A stretch of 64,000 nucleotides of DNA from Dehalococcoidia bacterium (GTDB taxonomy: Bacteria > Chloroflexota > Dehalococcoidia > DSTF01 > WHTK01), in NCBI GenBank assembly GCA_965197795.1, contig OZ240228.1, positions 1,529,898-1,593,897 on the forward strand. The letters run 5' to 3'. The notes beneath the pieces are model-generated. The model was not told the origin of the DNA. It saw only the letters and a list, made by a program, of their open reading frames with translations, and searched no databases. The position numbers and the translations under genes are program-made. Positions 48,773-57,759 of this stretch are shown piece after piece (within the stretch, counting starts at the first letter, position 1; each line of letters begins with the position of its first letter).

Positions 48773-48811
48773 GCCCCTTTAGTCGGGGTCCCGGGCCGAG
48801 CCCGGCTTCAG
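48773..48811. repeat. hairpin-containing ~40-nt repeat, copy A (downstream of convergent lipoprotein and nitroreductase genes)
   Basis: GCCCCTTTAGTCGGGGTCCCGGGCCGAGCCCGGCTTCAG with inner stem CCGGGC/GCCCGG and outer AGTCGGGG/CCCCGACT. About 80% identical to copy B. Confidence 0.6.
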
Positions 48812-48832
48812 TTATCAAGGCCCCGACTTTAC

Positions 48833-49345
48833 TTACCCAAACGGCGTCCCGAAGCGTCCCTTGTGCACCACCTCGCCGAACGGCTTGCGGTTCTTCTTGC
48901 CTTTGCCGAGTTTCTTTTGCGGGTAACCGAAGGGCAGCACGCCGACCAACTGAACGCCCTCGGGCAGACCTAGCTCCACACCGACTTCGTTGATCATGCC
49001 ATCGAAGCCGACCCAATTCGAGCCGACTCCTTCTGACCACGCTGTCAGCACCATCGACTGGATGGCGCGGCTGGTGTCGGACAGCCCGAACAGCGATTCC
49101 TTCTCGTATCCGACGACGATCGCCAGCGGCGCCCGTTCGATATAAGCGCCCGTTCTCGCTAGCGGCGTGATGCGACGCAGCGTCTCCTTGTCCTCGATCA
49201 CGATGAAGTGCCACGGCTGGCCGTTCTTGCTGCTGGCAGTCAGGTGCGCTGCATCGACAATACGCCGGATCACGTCCGCGGGGACGGGCTTGTCCTGATA
49301 GGCGCGTACCGCCAGCACGGTCCGTACCGCCTCGAATACTTCCAT
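48833..49345 (-). CDS. nitroreductase family protein
   Basis: RAYQDKPVP...SSKNGQPWHFIVI pattern. Confidence 0.8.
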   Translation of the reverse strand: MEVFEAVRTVLAVRAYQDKPVPADVIRRIVDAAHLTASSKNGQPWHFIVIEDKETLRRITPLARTGAYIERAPLAIVVGYEKESLFGLSDTSRAIQSMVLTAWSEGVGSNWVGFDGMINEVGVELGLPEGVQLVGVLPFGYPQKKLGKGKKNRKPFGEVVHKGRFGTPFG

Positions 49346-49371
49346 TTCGGTTCTTTCTAGCTAAAGCCTGG

Positions 49372-49824
49372 TTAGACGGCCACCTTCTTCGCGGCCTCCG
49401 CCACGTCATCGGCGATCGTTTTGTAGTCCTCGTCGCTGATCCTGTGCAGGTTGCCCTGAAAGGCCAGACGCCAGTGCTCACTGCGGCGACGCGTCATCTC
49501 CAGGCGCGTCGCGTATTCCTTCACGTCCAGCCACTGGCCATCGACCAGCAGCGTATCGGGCGACGTCTTGACACGGAAGGGGTAGTCCTCGCCGGGCTTC
49601 TTCTCCGTCTTGAATACCGGCGTATGGTCCTCGAAGACCTCCGACTCAACCTTGGCGATGCCGCCAAACCGCATCACTCCCGTGAGGTAGAAGATCAGCT
49701 TGTCGCCGGGCTTCATCTCGGCTGACTCGCGACGGCGGGTGCTCTTGAAGCCGAACATGTCGAATCCACGCTCGCGCGCGATCTCGTAGTTCTCCGGCGA
49801 GCCAACGACGATCCAGTAAGTCAT
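49372..49824 (-). CDS. EVE (PUA-like) domain protein
   Basis: MTYWIVVGSPENYEIARERGFDMFGF... Confidence 0.7.
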   Translation of the reverse strand: MTYWIVVGSPENYEIARERGFDMFGFKSTRRRESAEMKPGDKLIFYLTGVMRFGGIAKVESEVFEDHTPVFKTEKKPGEDYPFRVKTSPDTLLVDGQWLDVKEYATRLEMTRRRSEHWRLAFQGNLHRISDEDYKTIADDVAEAAKKVAV

Positions 49825-49885
49825 ATCTTGCCTCCTGAAGTTATCTACCGCGGGGAACTGGTCCAGCCAGAAACCAGCCTCATGC

Positions 49886-49925
49886 GCCCCTTTAGTGGGG
49901 TCTCGGGGCGAAGCCCCGGCTTCAA
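49886..49925. repeat. hairpin-containing ~40-nt repeat, copy B
   Basis: GCCCCTTTAGTGGGGTCTCGGGGCGAAGCCCCGGCTTCAA with stem CGGGGC/GCCCCG. Confidence 0.6.
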
Positions 49926-49950
49926 AGAAAAACGCCCTCCAACCGAAGGG
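49926..49950 (-). terminator. rho-independent terminator of the erpA-like gene
   Basis: Minus strand CGCCCT-TCGGTTGG-AGGGCG followed by TTTTT. Confidence 0.6.
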
Positions 49951-49974
49951 CGCTTGATTCTTAGTCGCGGCGGC

Positions 49975-50349
49975 TTAGCAGCAGGACTTCGCCTGGCCGG
50001 AGCCGTCGCTTGTCTGGAAGCTGGAGCCGCAGGCACAGCTGTGCGTTGCGTTCGGGTTGAAGATCGTGAAACCGCTCTTCATCAGGTCGTCAACGTAATC
50101 GACCTCGGCGCCTTCCAGTAGTGGCGCGCTCTCGGCGTCGACCAGAAGGGTGATGCCGGATGCTTCGATAGCGATGTCATCTTCCTCGCGGTTGCGGGCG
50201 ATGGCCATGCCGTACTGGTAGCCCGAGCAGCCACCGGAAACCACGAATACACGCAGAGCGCCGTCCTCGACGCCGCGCTCTGCCAGGATGCCCTTGGCCT
50301 TCTCGGCGGCCTTATCGGTGACGGTGACGATTGCGTTGCCAGTTACCAT
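49975..50349 (-). CDS. erpA: iron-sulfur cluster insertion protein (HesB/IscA/ErpA family)
   Basis: FVVSGGCSGYQYG...NATHSCACGSSF, the three conserved Cys. Confidence 0.85.
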   Translation of the reverse strand: MVTGNAIVTVTDKAAEKAKGILAERGVEDGALRVFVVSGGCSGYQYGMAIARNREEDDIAIEASGITLLVDAESAPLLEGAEVDYVDDLMKSGFTIFNPNATHSCACGSSFQTSDGSGQAKSCC

Positions 50350-50435
50350 GTTTGCTCCTTCAGGGGCGCAGTAGCAATAACTTCATAAGTATCGTCGGAT
50401 TGCCGCCTTTTGACAATACCCTGGGCTGTTCGGCC

Positions 50436-51062
50436 CTAGACCTTGACCAGGTAGCTGCACGCTTCCTCTGTCTCGAGGTCCTTCTGCAGATCAGCCCGCA
50501 GGAGCTTGCCAAGCATCGCTTCTGAGCGACGGCATACGGCCTCCTGCGCCGATCCCGCGCAGCGGCAAGGACAATCTCGAACCGTGATCTGAAAGCCGTC
50601 CGGCTGAGCCGCCGTGTCCAGCATCAGGCCGCCGGCCGAAAGCGCCTCTACCGCCTGCTGTAGCCGGCCCGCCAGGCTCGGCGCGGTCACGCGACCCTCA
50701 CAGGCCTGCAGTAGCGCCCGATTCATGCGCTCGAACGCCAGCAAGGCCACCGCCGCGCCGTCCTTGCCGTGCGTGTCGGCGGCCGTCAAGGCCAGGAGTT
50801 GCGACATCACAAGCTCCACCACACCGGCGTAGTGTCCCGGCGCCAGGTCACGTCCTGCTTGCGTCAGTTTGAATACGTAGTGTGGCCGGCCTGTCGACCG
50901 GCGCACCGCTTCGCGCTCGACGTGGCCGTCGCGCTGCAATACGTCAAGGTGGCGCCGCACAGTCGCGGCCGCAAGCCCCAGCGACTCGGTTAGCGCTTCG
51001 ACTGTCAGGCCGTTACGGTGCTGCAGCAGCTCGACGATGCCTGCCCGTGTGCCGTCCATCAT
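50436..51062 (-). CDS. winged-helix (DeoR/ArsR-type) transcriptional regulator with C-terminal Cys cluster, SufR-like
   Basis: N-terminal wHTH (IVELLQHRNGLTVEALTESLGLAAATVRRHLDVLQRDGHV). C-terminal CPCRC...C...C. Divergent from iscS. Confidence 0.55.
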   Translation of the reverse strand: MMDGTRAGIVELLQHRNGLTVEALTESLGLAAATVRRHLDVLQRDGHVEREAVRRSTGRPHYVFKLTQAGRDLAPGHYAGVVELVMSQLLALTAADTHGKDGAAVALLAFERMNRALLQACEGRVTAPSLAGRLQQAVEALSAGGLMLDTAAQPDGFQITVRDCPCRCAGSAQEAVCRRSEAMLGKLLRADLQKDLETEEACSYLVKV

Positions 51063-51117
51063 GAAACAAGGTATCAGAATCCCTGCGACTCGCCATGCGT
51101 GTTAACCTCGAAGCCTG

Positions 51118-52299
51118 ATGCCAAATCAGCGACGCGTCTACCTCGACCACGCGGCGACCACGCCGCTCGACCCGCGTGTGATCGACGCCATGCGTCCCGT
51201 CCTCGAGTCCACCTGGGGCAACCCGTCTAGCATTTACGCCGAGGGGCGCGAGGCCCGCCGCGTCCTGGACGCGGCCCGTCGTGACGTCGCCGAGGTGATC
51301 GGCGCGCGGCCCAACGACATCGTCTTCACCGGCGGCGGCAGCGAGTCCGACAACACTGCGATACGCGGTGCCGCGTTCGCCTCCGCGCGACGCGGCAAGC
51401 ACATCGTTACCTCCGCCATCGAGCATCACGCTGTGCTGCACACGGTCGAGCAGCTCGAGCGCGAGGGCTTCAGCGCGACCTACCTGCCGGTCGACGGCGA
51501 GGGCTTCGTCAGCGCGGACGAGCTGCGCGCCGCCCTACGTCCCGACACCACGGTCGTCTCGATCATGTACGCCAACAACGAGGTCGGCAGCGTTGAGCCG
51601 ATCGCGGACCTTGTTCGTGCCGTCAAGGATTTCGACCGTCACATCGTCTTCCACACCGATGCGGTGCAGGCGGCGGGAGCCCTCGACCTCAACGTCGAGG
51701 CGCTTGGCGTCGACATGCTTTCGTTAGCGTCGCACAAGTTCTACGGGCCCAAGGGCGTCGGCGCGCTTTACGTCCGCCCCCGCATGCCGTTCATCGGCCA
51801 GCTCCTCGGCGGCGCCCAGGAGCGCAACCGCAGGGCCGGCACCGAAGACGTGGCCGGCGCCGTCGGCTTTGCAAGAGCGCTGCAATTGGCCGAAGCCGAG
51901 CGCGAGGCCAACGTGGCCCACCTGCGCGGCCTGGGCGACCACCTCGCCGCCGAACTGCCGCGACGCATGCCGGGCGTCCGCCTCACGGGCCCCGTGGACC
52001 CGGCAAAGCGCCTGCCAAACAGCTTCAGCTGCTGCCTCGAAGGCGTCGAGGGCGAAGCCGTCTTGATCCAGCTCGACCTCAACGGCATCAGTGCCAGCAG
52101 CGGCTCAGCCTGCACCACCGGCTCGCTGGAACCCTCGCACGTCCTGACCGCGATGGGGGTGCCTACCGACCTCGCGCGCGCCAGTCTGCGCATCACGCTG
52201 GGTCACGAGAATACTGGGGAAGACGTCGACCGCCTGCTCGCCACGCTGCCGCGCGCAGTCGAGAAGCTGCGCGCTCTGGCTCCACAGGCCACCGTCTAA
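51118..52299 (+). CDS. iscS: cysteine desulfurase (IscS/NifS family)
   Basis: PLP-lysine SHKFYGPKG; active-site SSGSACTTGS. Confidence 0.9.
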   Translation: MPNQRRVYLDHAATTPLDPRVIDAMRPVLESTWGNPSSIYAEGREARRVLDAARRDVAEVIGARPNDIVFTGGGSESDNTAIRGAAFASARRGKHIVTSAIEHHAVLHTVEQLEREGFSATYLPVDGEGFVSADELRAALRPDTTVVSIMYANNEVGSVEPIADLVRAVKDFDRHIVFHTDAVQAAGALDLNVEALGVDMLSLASHKFYGPKGVGALYVRPRMPFIGQLLGGAQERNRRAGTEDVAGAVGFARALQLAEAEREANVAHLRGLGDHLAAELPRRMPGVRLTGPVDPAKRLPNSFSCCLEGVEGEAVLIQLDLNGISASSGSACTTGSLEPSHVLTAMGVPTDLARASLRITLGHENTGEDVDRLLATLPRAVEKLRALAPQATV

Positions 52300-52338
52300 T
52301 TTCTGATTCGGGGGACGTTTCCTTCCCGAAGTGGAACT

Positions 52339-52971
52339 CTACGTTACAGACGACTTAGGGCTGCCGGTAACTTCGACGGTCCCTTCTTTGAAAACGACCT
52401 GGTAGCTGTGCTGAAGGTCCAGTTTGCCCAGCACTTCGTCCAGCCCATCGTTCGCGTCCAGGCCGATGGTTTCCGCCACGTCGACCAGGAACCCCGGTAC
52501 GGATCCAACTTCAACCTTATCGACGCTGGCCTTGGCTGGATCGCTGCTGAGGTCTACGGAGCCTTTCATGCGGATCTCCGCGCCGACGCCGATTCCGCTA
52601 TTCAGCTTGCCCGAAACCTCGGCAAACCCGTCATGGAAGCAAACTCGCAGATCGTCGACATCCACGTCCGTCTCCTCCTTGACGAACTGATCAGCGCGAG
52701 ATGAGACCTCGCTCTCGGTGAAGGTCACAGCTGACGGTGAACCTGACTCCAGCAGCTGATCGAAGGCGTCCCACTTTTGCTGGAAGGCCTGAGCATTGGC
52801 GGAGGTAACGGAGATCGGCCCGCCGCCCGGCGTGCAGGCGCCGGGCCCGCCGCTAATCGCGAGTCCAACGCTAGCGATCGCGACGACTACTACGCCGACA
52901 ACGGCGACGACGACCAACGTGACGACTATTCCGATAGGCGACGAGAGCATGTTTGGCCTCGCTTCGCACAT
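52339..52971 (-). CDS. membrane-anchored hypothetical protein
   Basis: Single N-terminal TM (IGIVVTLVVVAVVGVVVVAIASV) then a soluble domain. Start taken at internal Met (MCEARPN / MLSSP). Confidence 0.5.
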   Translation of the reverse strand: MCEARPNMLSSPIGIVVTLVVVAVVGVVVVAIASVGLAISGGPGACTPGGGPISVTSANAQAFQQKWDAFDQLLESGSPSAVTFTESEVSSRADQFVKEETDVDVDDLRVCFHDGFAEVSGKLNSGIGVGAEIRMKGSVDLSSDPAKASVDKVEVGSVPGFLVDVAETIGLDANDGLDEVLGKLDLQHSYQVVFKEGTVEVTGSPKSSVT

Positions 52972-53159
52972 CGTACCGCCCAGAATGCAGGGTTCAAGGG
53001 CCGTTTCGCCGGATGTGACCCCATCCAGCGGGCGGCGGTTGGGTCCAGCAGATAGGCCCAGTCCCATGGCAATCGTCGTGCCGGTGAGGTTAGGTCAGGG
53101 GTCAGCCAGTCCCTGGCGTAGTTGTCCCAACCCGCGAAACGCTTCTATGATCGCTGGGT

Positions 53160-53912
53160 ATGGCCGAACACGACCTCAGCATTCCGATGTACCAGCCGCA
53201 GGCAACGACGGTCGAGCAGGATCTCGAGCAGAACCTCATGCTCGGCTCCGTCGAGAGCCTGTTGAACTGGGCCCGCAGCTCCTCGCTGTGGCCGGCGATG
53301 TTCGGCCTGGCCTGCTGCGCCATCGAGATGATCGCGACGGCCACCTCGCGGTACGACATCGCCCGTTTCGGCGCCGAGGTGTTTCGCGCCTCGCCGCGTC
53401 AGGCCGATCTCATGATCGTCGCGGGCACCGTGACCTGGAAGATGGCCCCGGCCGTGCGCCGCGTCTACCTCCAAATGCCGGAGCCGAAGTGGGTCATCGC
53501 CTTCGGCGGCTGCGCCACCATGGGTGGACCCTTCGCCTTCGGATACAGCACGCTACCCGGCGTCAACCTGATCCTGCCGGTCGACGTCTACGTGCCCGGC
53601 TGTCCGCCGCGACCGGAGTCGCTGCTAACCGGGCTGATGATGCTGCAGGAGAAGATCCGTAAAGGACACGGTGGCGGACTGACGCGGAGCGAGCCGGTTG
53701 GCGACTACTCGCAGTTCCTGCCGCCGGACGACCCGATCCGTCTGGAGCTCGAATCGCTGTTCCCGCCCTTCACCGGCCCGGCCCAGCATCGCCAGCTCGA
53801 GTGCGCCTATTGCCACCGCACGTTCAACGCGGAGCAGCTCGGCGATCCGGCCTGGAACTGCCCCACGCCGCTCAACGAACGCCCTGACGGCCGCTGCTAC
53901 TTCCGATCCTAG
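53160..53912 (+). CDS. NuoB-like (NADH:quinone oxidoreductase 20-kDa subunit family) protein with Cys-rich C-terminal extension
   Basis: [27 protein letters not shown] (N2 cluster ligands). Extra ~80 aa with CAYCHRT...C...C. No other nuo genes nearby. Confidence 0.75.
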   Translation: MAEHDLSIPMYQPQATTVEQDLEQNLMLGSVESLLNWARSSSLWPAMFGLACCAIEMIATATSRYDIARFGAEVFRASPRQADLMIVAGTVTWKMAPAVRRVYLQMPEPKWVIAFGGCATMGGPFAFGYSTLPGVNLILPVDVYVPGCPPRPESLLTGLMMLQEKIRKGHGGGLTRSEPVGDYSQFLPPDDPIRLELESLFPPFTGPAQHRQLECAYCHRTFNAEQLGDPAWNCPTPLNERPDGRCYFRS

Positions 53913-53935
53913 GAACGTACCGAAACGAGGCGCCG

Positions 53936-54325
53936 ATGAGCGAAGCGAACCGTTTGACATTGGTAGTCCTTGAAGTGACCGATCTGGATAAATCGACAGC
54001 GCTATACCGTGACGGCTTCGGTGTTGACCTACATCAAGGCGTCGACAACGTCGCGGGCGAAGATCGCTGGATCAGCGGCCCCCATGCAGAAATCTCGTGG
54101 CGAGAAGGGGCATACCTGCACTTCGCGCTCTACCAGGCCAAGACAGGCCAGGCGAGCGCCATGACCCAAGTCGGGTTTCTGACGGATGACCTCGATGCAG
54201 CGCACATCCAGGCATTGACTGCCGGCGCGCTACTCATCCATGAGCCGCGTCAGGAGCCCTGGGGCCGCACGGCTCGTTATTCAGACTTCGATGGCAACGT
54301 CGTCAGCCTCACCCAGTCGCGCTAG
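53936..54325 (+). CDS. VOC/glyoxalase family protein
   Basis: Size and the LVVLEVTDLDKSTALYRDGFG N-terminus are typical of VOC-family proteins. Confidence 0.6.
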   Translation: MSEANRLTLVVLEVTDLDKSTALYRDGFGVDLHQGVDNVAGEDRWISGPHAEISWREGAYLHFALYQAKTGQASAMTQVGFLTDDLDAAHIQALTAGALLIHEPRQEPWGRTARYSDFDGNVVSLTQSR

Positions 54326-54720
54326 TAGCGAAACCAAACCCGCCCTGCGATATCAGACGTCTTCACGGGCCCTAGCTCGCGGCTGTCGGTGCTTTCGTCC
54401 AGGTTGTCGCCCAGCACGTACCACTCGTCCTTGCCCAGGAAGTCTGGCTCGCCACGCACGGTCACCTCAGCGCCCTGCCCCGCCGCGATGCGCTTGAGGT
54501 CCAATCGACCCTCCGTCGCCGTCTGACGCACCACGACCACCTCGCCGATACACGGCGCACGAAACCGGTAGCTGCAGCCCTCGACGACCAGCCTGTCCCC
54601 CGGCGCGAAGGCCCGCAACATGCTGCGCCCCTCGACGACGTATCGTCGCACCAAGCGACCCGAGAGCAGGCCGGTTACGACCAGCCCGGTTCCCAGCATC
54701 GTCGCCAGAAGCTTCTTCAT
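54322..54720 (-). CDS. sodX: S26-family signal peptidase, Ni-SOD maturation protease (SodX-like)
   Basis: GRSMLRAF...GDNLDESTDSR pattern. Immediately downstream of sodN. Confidence 0.7.
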   Translation of the reverse strand: MKKLLATMLGTGLVVTGLLSGRLVRRYVVEGRSMLRAFAPGDRLVVEGCSYRFRAPCIGEVVVVRQTATEGRLDLKRIAAGQGAEVTVRGEPDFLGKDEWYVLGDNLDESTDSRELGPVKTSDIAGRVWFRY

Positions 54721-54811
54721 GCACCCCTAGCCCCGGCGCCTGCGTCGATCCGGCGCCCAGACAGAAGCCGGGCCAAATGACCCGGCTTCCTTCGTCTCTA
54801 AGTTACGGTCG

Positions 54812-55327
54812 CTAGTTGACGTAGACGAGCTCGCCGCCGACCGCCTGGTTGGAGCCGGCAACACGCGTCGCCACGCCCTTGGTCTCCCAGAAGATCTGCG
54901 CGATATCACGCACCGCCGCCAGCAACTCTTCCGCTGCCGCCGTGTCGTTTGTCTGCTTGTTGCGCGAAGCCAGCTTGTTGATGTTCCAGACCTTGGTGTG
55001 CAGGTCGGGGTATTTCTCAACGTGCTCGGGCCGGAAGTAGTCGTGCCAGAGGATGTCGATTTCCTTCTTGCAGATCTCGGCGTGCTCTTCCTTCGCCTTG
55101 ACGTAGCGCGACATCGAGTTCAGGCCGGCCTTGGCCGCCGCCGGCTCTGCTTGCGGGGGCCGCTCCAGCGCGTCGATCAGCTGGTTCATGCGCAGCACCG
55201 TGAGCGCCGCGATCTGCGCCGAGTGCGGGTCATAGATGCCGCAAGGAATGTCGCAGTGTGCCGAGACCGTCTCCGGCGGCGAAACGCGGTCGATCAGCCG
55301 GACCAGTGGGCTGGCGAAACGATTCAT
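54812..55327 (-). CDS. sodN: nickel superoxide dismutase precursor
   Basis: Ni-hook HCDIPCGIYDP directly after a ~23-aa propeptide. Confidence 0.85.
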   Translation of the reverse strand: MNRFASPLVRLIDRVSPPETVSAHCDIPCGIYDPHSAQIAALTVLRMNQLIDALERPPQAEPAAAKAGLNSMSRYVKAKEEHAEICKKEIDILWHDYFRPEHVEKYPDLHTKVWNINKLASRNKQTNDTAAAEELLAAVRDIAQIFWETKGVATRVAGSNQAVGGELVYVN

Positions 55328-55474
55328 ACTTCCTCCTGAAATCTATCGCTAAACGAAAGCGGGGATGCCCCAAAGGGCGACGCCCGGATCATAGCGCACG
55401 ACCTCCCGATGCGACAGACATGCCGAAGATCCAGGCTAGGCTGAGTCCAAACGGAGCAGTTCAGAAAGACTACC

Positions 55475-56395
55475 GTGCTACAATCCGAGCCGAATCTAGA
55501 CTCAACGAGGTGCGCCCTGCATCCAGTCCGCAAGGCAGTCATCCTGGCCGCCGGCTACGGCACGCGCATGCTTCCAGCCACCAAGGCGCTCCCCAAAGAG
55601 ATGCTCGCGCTGGTCGACCGGCCCGTGATCCATTACGCAGTCGAAGAGCTCGCCAACTCCGACATCGAGCAGGTGATCATCGTCACGGCGGCCGGCAAGG
55701 GCGCCATCGAGGACTACTTCGACCGCTCGCGCGATATCGAAGACCTCTTGCAGCAGAAGGGCGATGTGGAACGTCTCGAGCAGGTCCGCCTGGTCTCGAA
55801 AATGGCCGACATTTCCTACGTGCGTCAGCCCCAGGCCCGCGGCCTCGCCGACGCGGTCAACACCGCTCGCGCTCAGGTCGGCGACGAGCCCTTCGTCCTC
55901 GTGCTGCCGGACGACATCGTCGCCGCTGAAACACCCGCGACGCGGCAGATCCTCGATTGCTTCGAGCAATATCGCGGCAGCGTCGTAGCGGTCTGCGAGG
56001 TACCGGAAGCCGAGGTGTCGAGCTACGGCATCGTCGCCGGCGAGGCGATCAACGACCGCGTCACGAAACTCTCGCACATGGTCGAAAAGCCCTCCGTCGA
56101 GAACACCCCGAGCCGGCTCGCCATCGTTGGCCGTTACGTGCTGACCCCGGCGGTCTGGAGCGCCATCGATCGAACCGAACCGGGATTTGGCGGTGAGCTG
56201 CAGATCACGGACGCGCTGCAGATGCTGGCGACGGAGGAGGGTATGTACGCTTGCCGCCTGGAAGGCGAATGGCTGGACACCGGCCGGCCGATAGCCTTCC
56301 TGCGCGCCTCGATTTCGCTGGCGTTGCGCCGGCCCGACGTTGGCCCCGACCTGCTGAAATACCTGCGTGGCCTCGACCTGGACGGCGAAGCCTGA
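55475..56395 (+). CDS. galU: UTP--glucose-1-phosphate uridylyltransferase
   Basis: RKAVILAAGYGTRMLPATKALPKEML...VEKP. Exact start uncertain; a shorter N-terminus is possible. Confidence 0.85.
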   Translation: MLQSEPNLDSTRCALHPVRKAVILAAGYGTRMLPATKALPKEMLALVDRPVIHYAVEELANSDIEQVIIVTAAGKGAIEDYFDRSRDIEDLLQQKGDVERLEQVRLVSKMADISYVRQPQARGLADAVNTARAQVGDEPFVLVLPDDIVAAETPATRQILDCFEQYRGSVVAVCEVPEAEVSSYGIVAGEAINDRVTKLSHMVEKPSVENTPSRLAIVGRYVLTPAVWSAIDRTEPGFGGELQITDALQMLATEEGMYACRLEGEWLDTGRPIAFLRASISLALRRPDVGPDLLKYLRGLDLDGEA

Positions 56396-57750
56396 TGCGT
56401 ATCCTCTCGATCGGCCAGGGCATGCCGGACGCGGCGATTGACAACTACAACTGGGCCAGCGCCCTCTCTTTCTTTGACTTCGACGCGCTGCTTATCGAAC
56501 CCATGCTCGGCGTCTCGAAGTTCGTCGAGGACGTCGCGCGTGGCGAGGGCGAGTACGAGACGTACGACGAGCTCCCCATCTCCGAGGGCTTCACCAATGC
56601 GGACGCCGTCGGCGTGGTCGATATCCTGCGCCGCCGCCGCGATGAGACGGAGCGCTTCCTGGCCCGCGGCGGCCTCGTCGTCTGCTTCGCCTACCCGGAC
56701 GTGGCGCACACCCGCGTCCTCGGCTTCACAGGATTCCACCGCTATCACTGGCTACCCGCGCCGGAGGGCGCCGACTACGGACCGGCGTACCTAAAGCCCG
56801 CCAGTGGACGCTCCGTCAAGGTCCTCGACTGGGAGCATCCTTTCGCGAACTTCCTCGATAGCACGACCGCCTTCCTCTACCGCGCCTCGATCGCCGAGGG
56901 CGCGGCGGGCTTCCCCGGCGCCAGGGTGATCGCCCGCAGCTCGGGCGGCGCCGCCGTCGCCGTCGACGTGCCCGTCGGCGCAGGACGCGTCATCTTCATA
57001 CCGGCGCTTGCCCTGAACCTGGCCGCTCAGCAGCGTTCGCAGATCGCCGGCTCCCTCGCAGCCGCCATCCGCAACACGCTGCTCACCGAAGCCGAGGGCT
57101 CGGCGCCGGAGTGGATCGAGGAGGTCTCGCTGCCCGGCATCGAAGACGCGCGCACCCGGATGGAGGACGCCGAAGCGAAGCTGGACGAGCTCGAAGCGGA
57201 CCTCGACGCCGCGCGCAACGAGTACCGCGGTCTCGACCGCTACCGCCGCATCCTCTGGCAGCAGGGCAAGTACGGCTTCGAGTTGCCGGTACGCGACGCG
57301 TTCACCCTGCTCGGAGCCACGGGCTACAGCCAACCGGACGAGCCCGCCATCTTCAACATGGGCTCCGCGACCGTCATGGTCGAAGCCGAGTCCAGCCTCG
57401 GCGAGGTCGGCATGGAGCCGCACTACCGCCTGCGCGAGCGCATTGAGAGCCGCATCGCCACCGACAAGCGACGCGCGTTCGGTCTCATCGTGGTCAACGG
57501 CCACAGCCAAGTCGCCCCTTCGGAACGCGAACGGCAGTACACCGACCCCTTGCGCATTGCCGCCGAAAGCATGCGCTACTGCGTGATCACCGCGACCGAC
57601 CTCTTCGACGCCGTGCGCGACAAGATCGAGGGCAAAGGCGACGCCAAGTCATTTCTCCGCCGCCTGGTCGAGACCGAAGGCGTCTTCACGCCGCCCGAGC
57701 CTGAACCGGAAGCCGAACCAGCCACCGCGGAATCATTCGCCAGCGACTAG
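56395..57750 (+). CDS. hypothetical protein (451 aa) with central coiled coil, translationally coupled to galU
   Basis: ATG at 56395 overlaps the galU TGA (TGATG). High GC3 throughout; coiled coil around EDARTRMEDAEAKLDELEADLDAARNEYRGL. No domain recognised by eye. The ORF-track start at 56251 is inside galU. Confidence 0.6.
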   Translation: MRILSIGQGMPDAAIDNYNWASALSFFDFDALLIEPMLGVSKFVEDVARGEGEYETYDELPISEGFTNADAVGVVDILRRRRDETERFLARGGLVVCFAYPDVAHTRVLGFTGFHRYHWLPAPEGADYGPAYLKPASGRSVKVLDWEHPFANFLDSTTAFLYRASIAEGAAGFPGARVIARSSGGAAVAVDVPVGAGRVIFIPALALNLAAQQRSQIAGSLAAAIRNTLLTEAEGSAPEWIEEVSLPGIEDARTRMEDAEAKLDELEADLDAARNEYRGLDRYRRILWQQGKYGFELPVRDAFTLLGATGYSQPDEPAIFNMGSATVMVEAESSLGEVGMEPHYRLRERIESRIATDKRRAFGLIVVNGHSQVAPSERERQYTDPLRIAAESMRYCVITATDLFDAVRDKIEGKGDAKSFLRRLVETEGVFTPPEPEPEAEPATAESFASD

Positions 57751-57759
57751 GAGAAACCA

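Noticed and set aside
56251-56394. ORF-track start of the 56251..57750 ORF
   Set aside because: The first 48 codons overlap galU in another frame. The ATG at 56395 overlaps the galU stop in a classic coupling arrangement.
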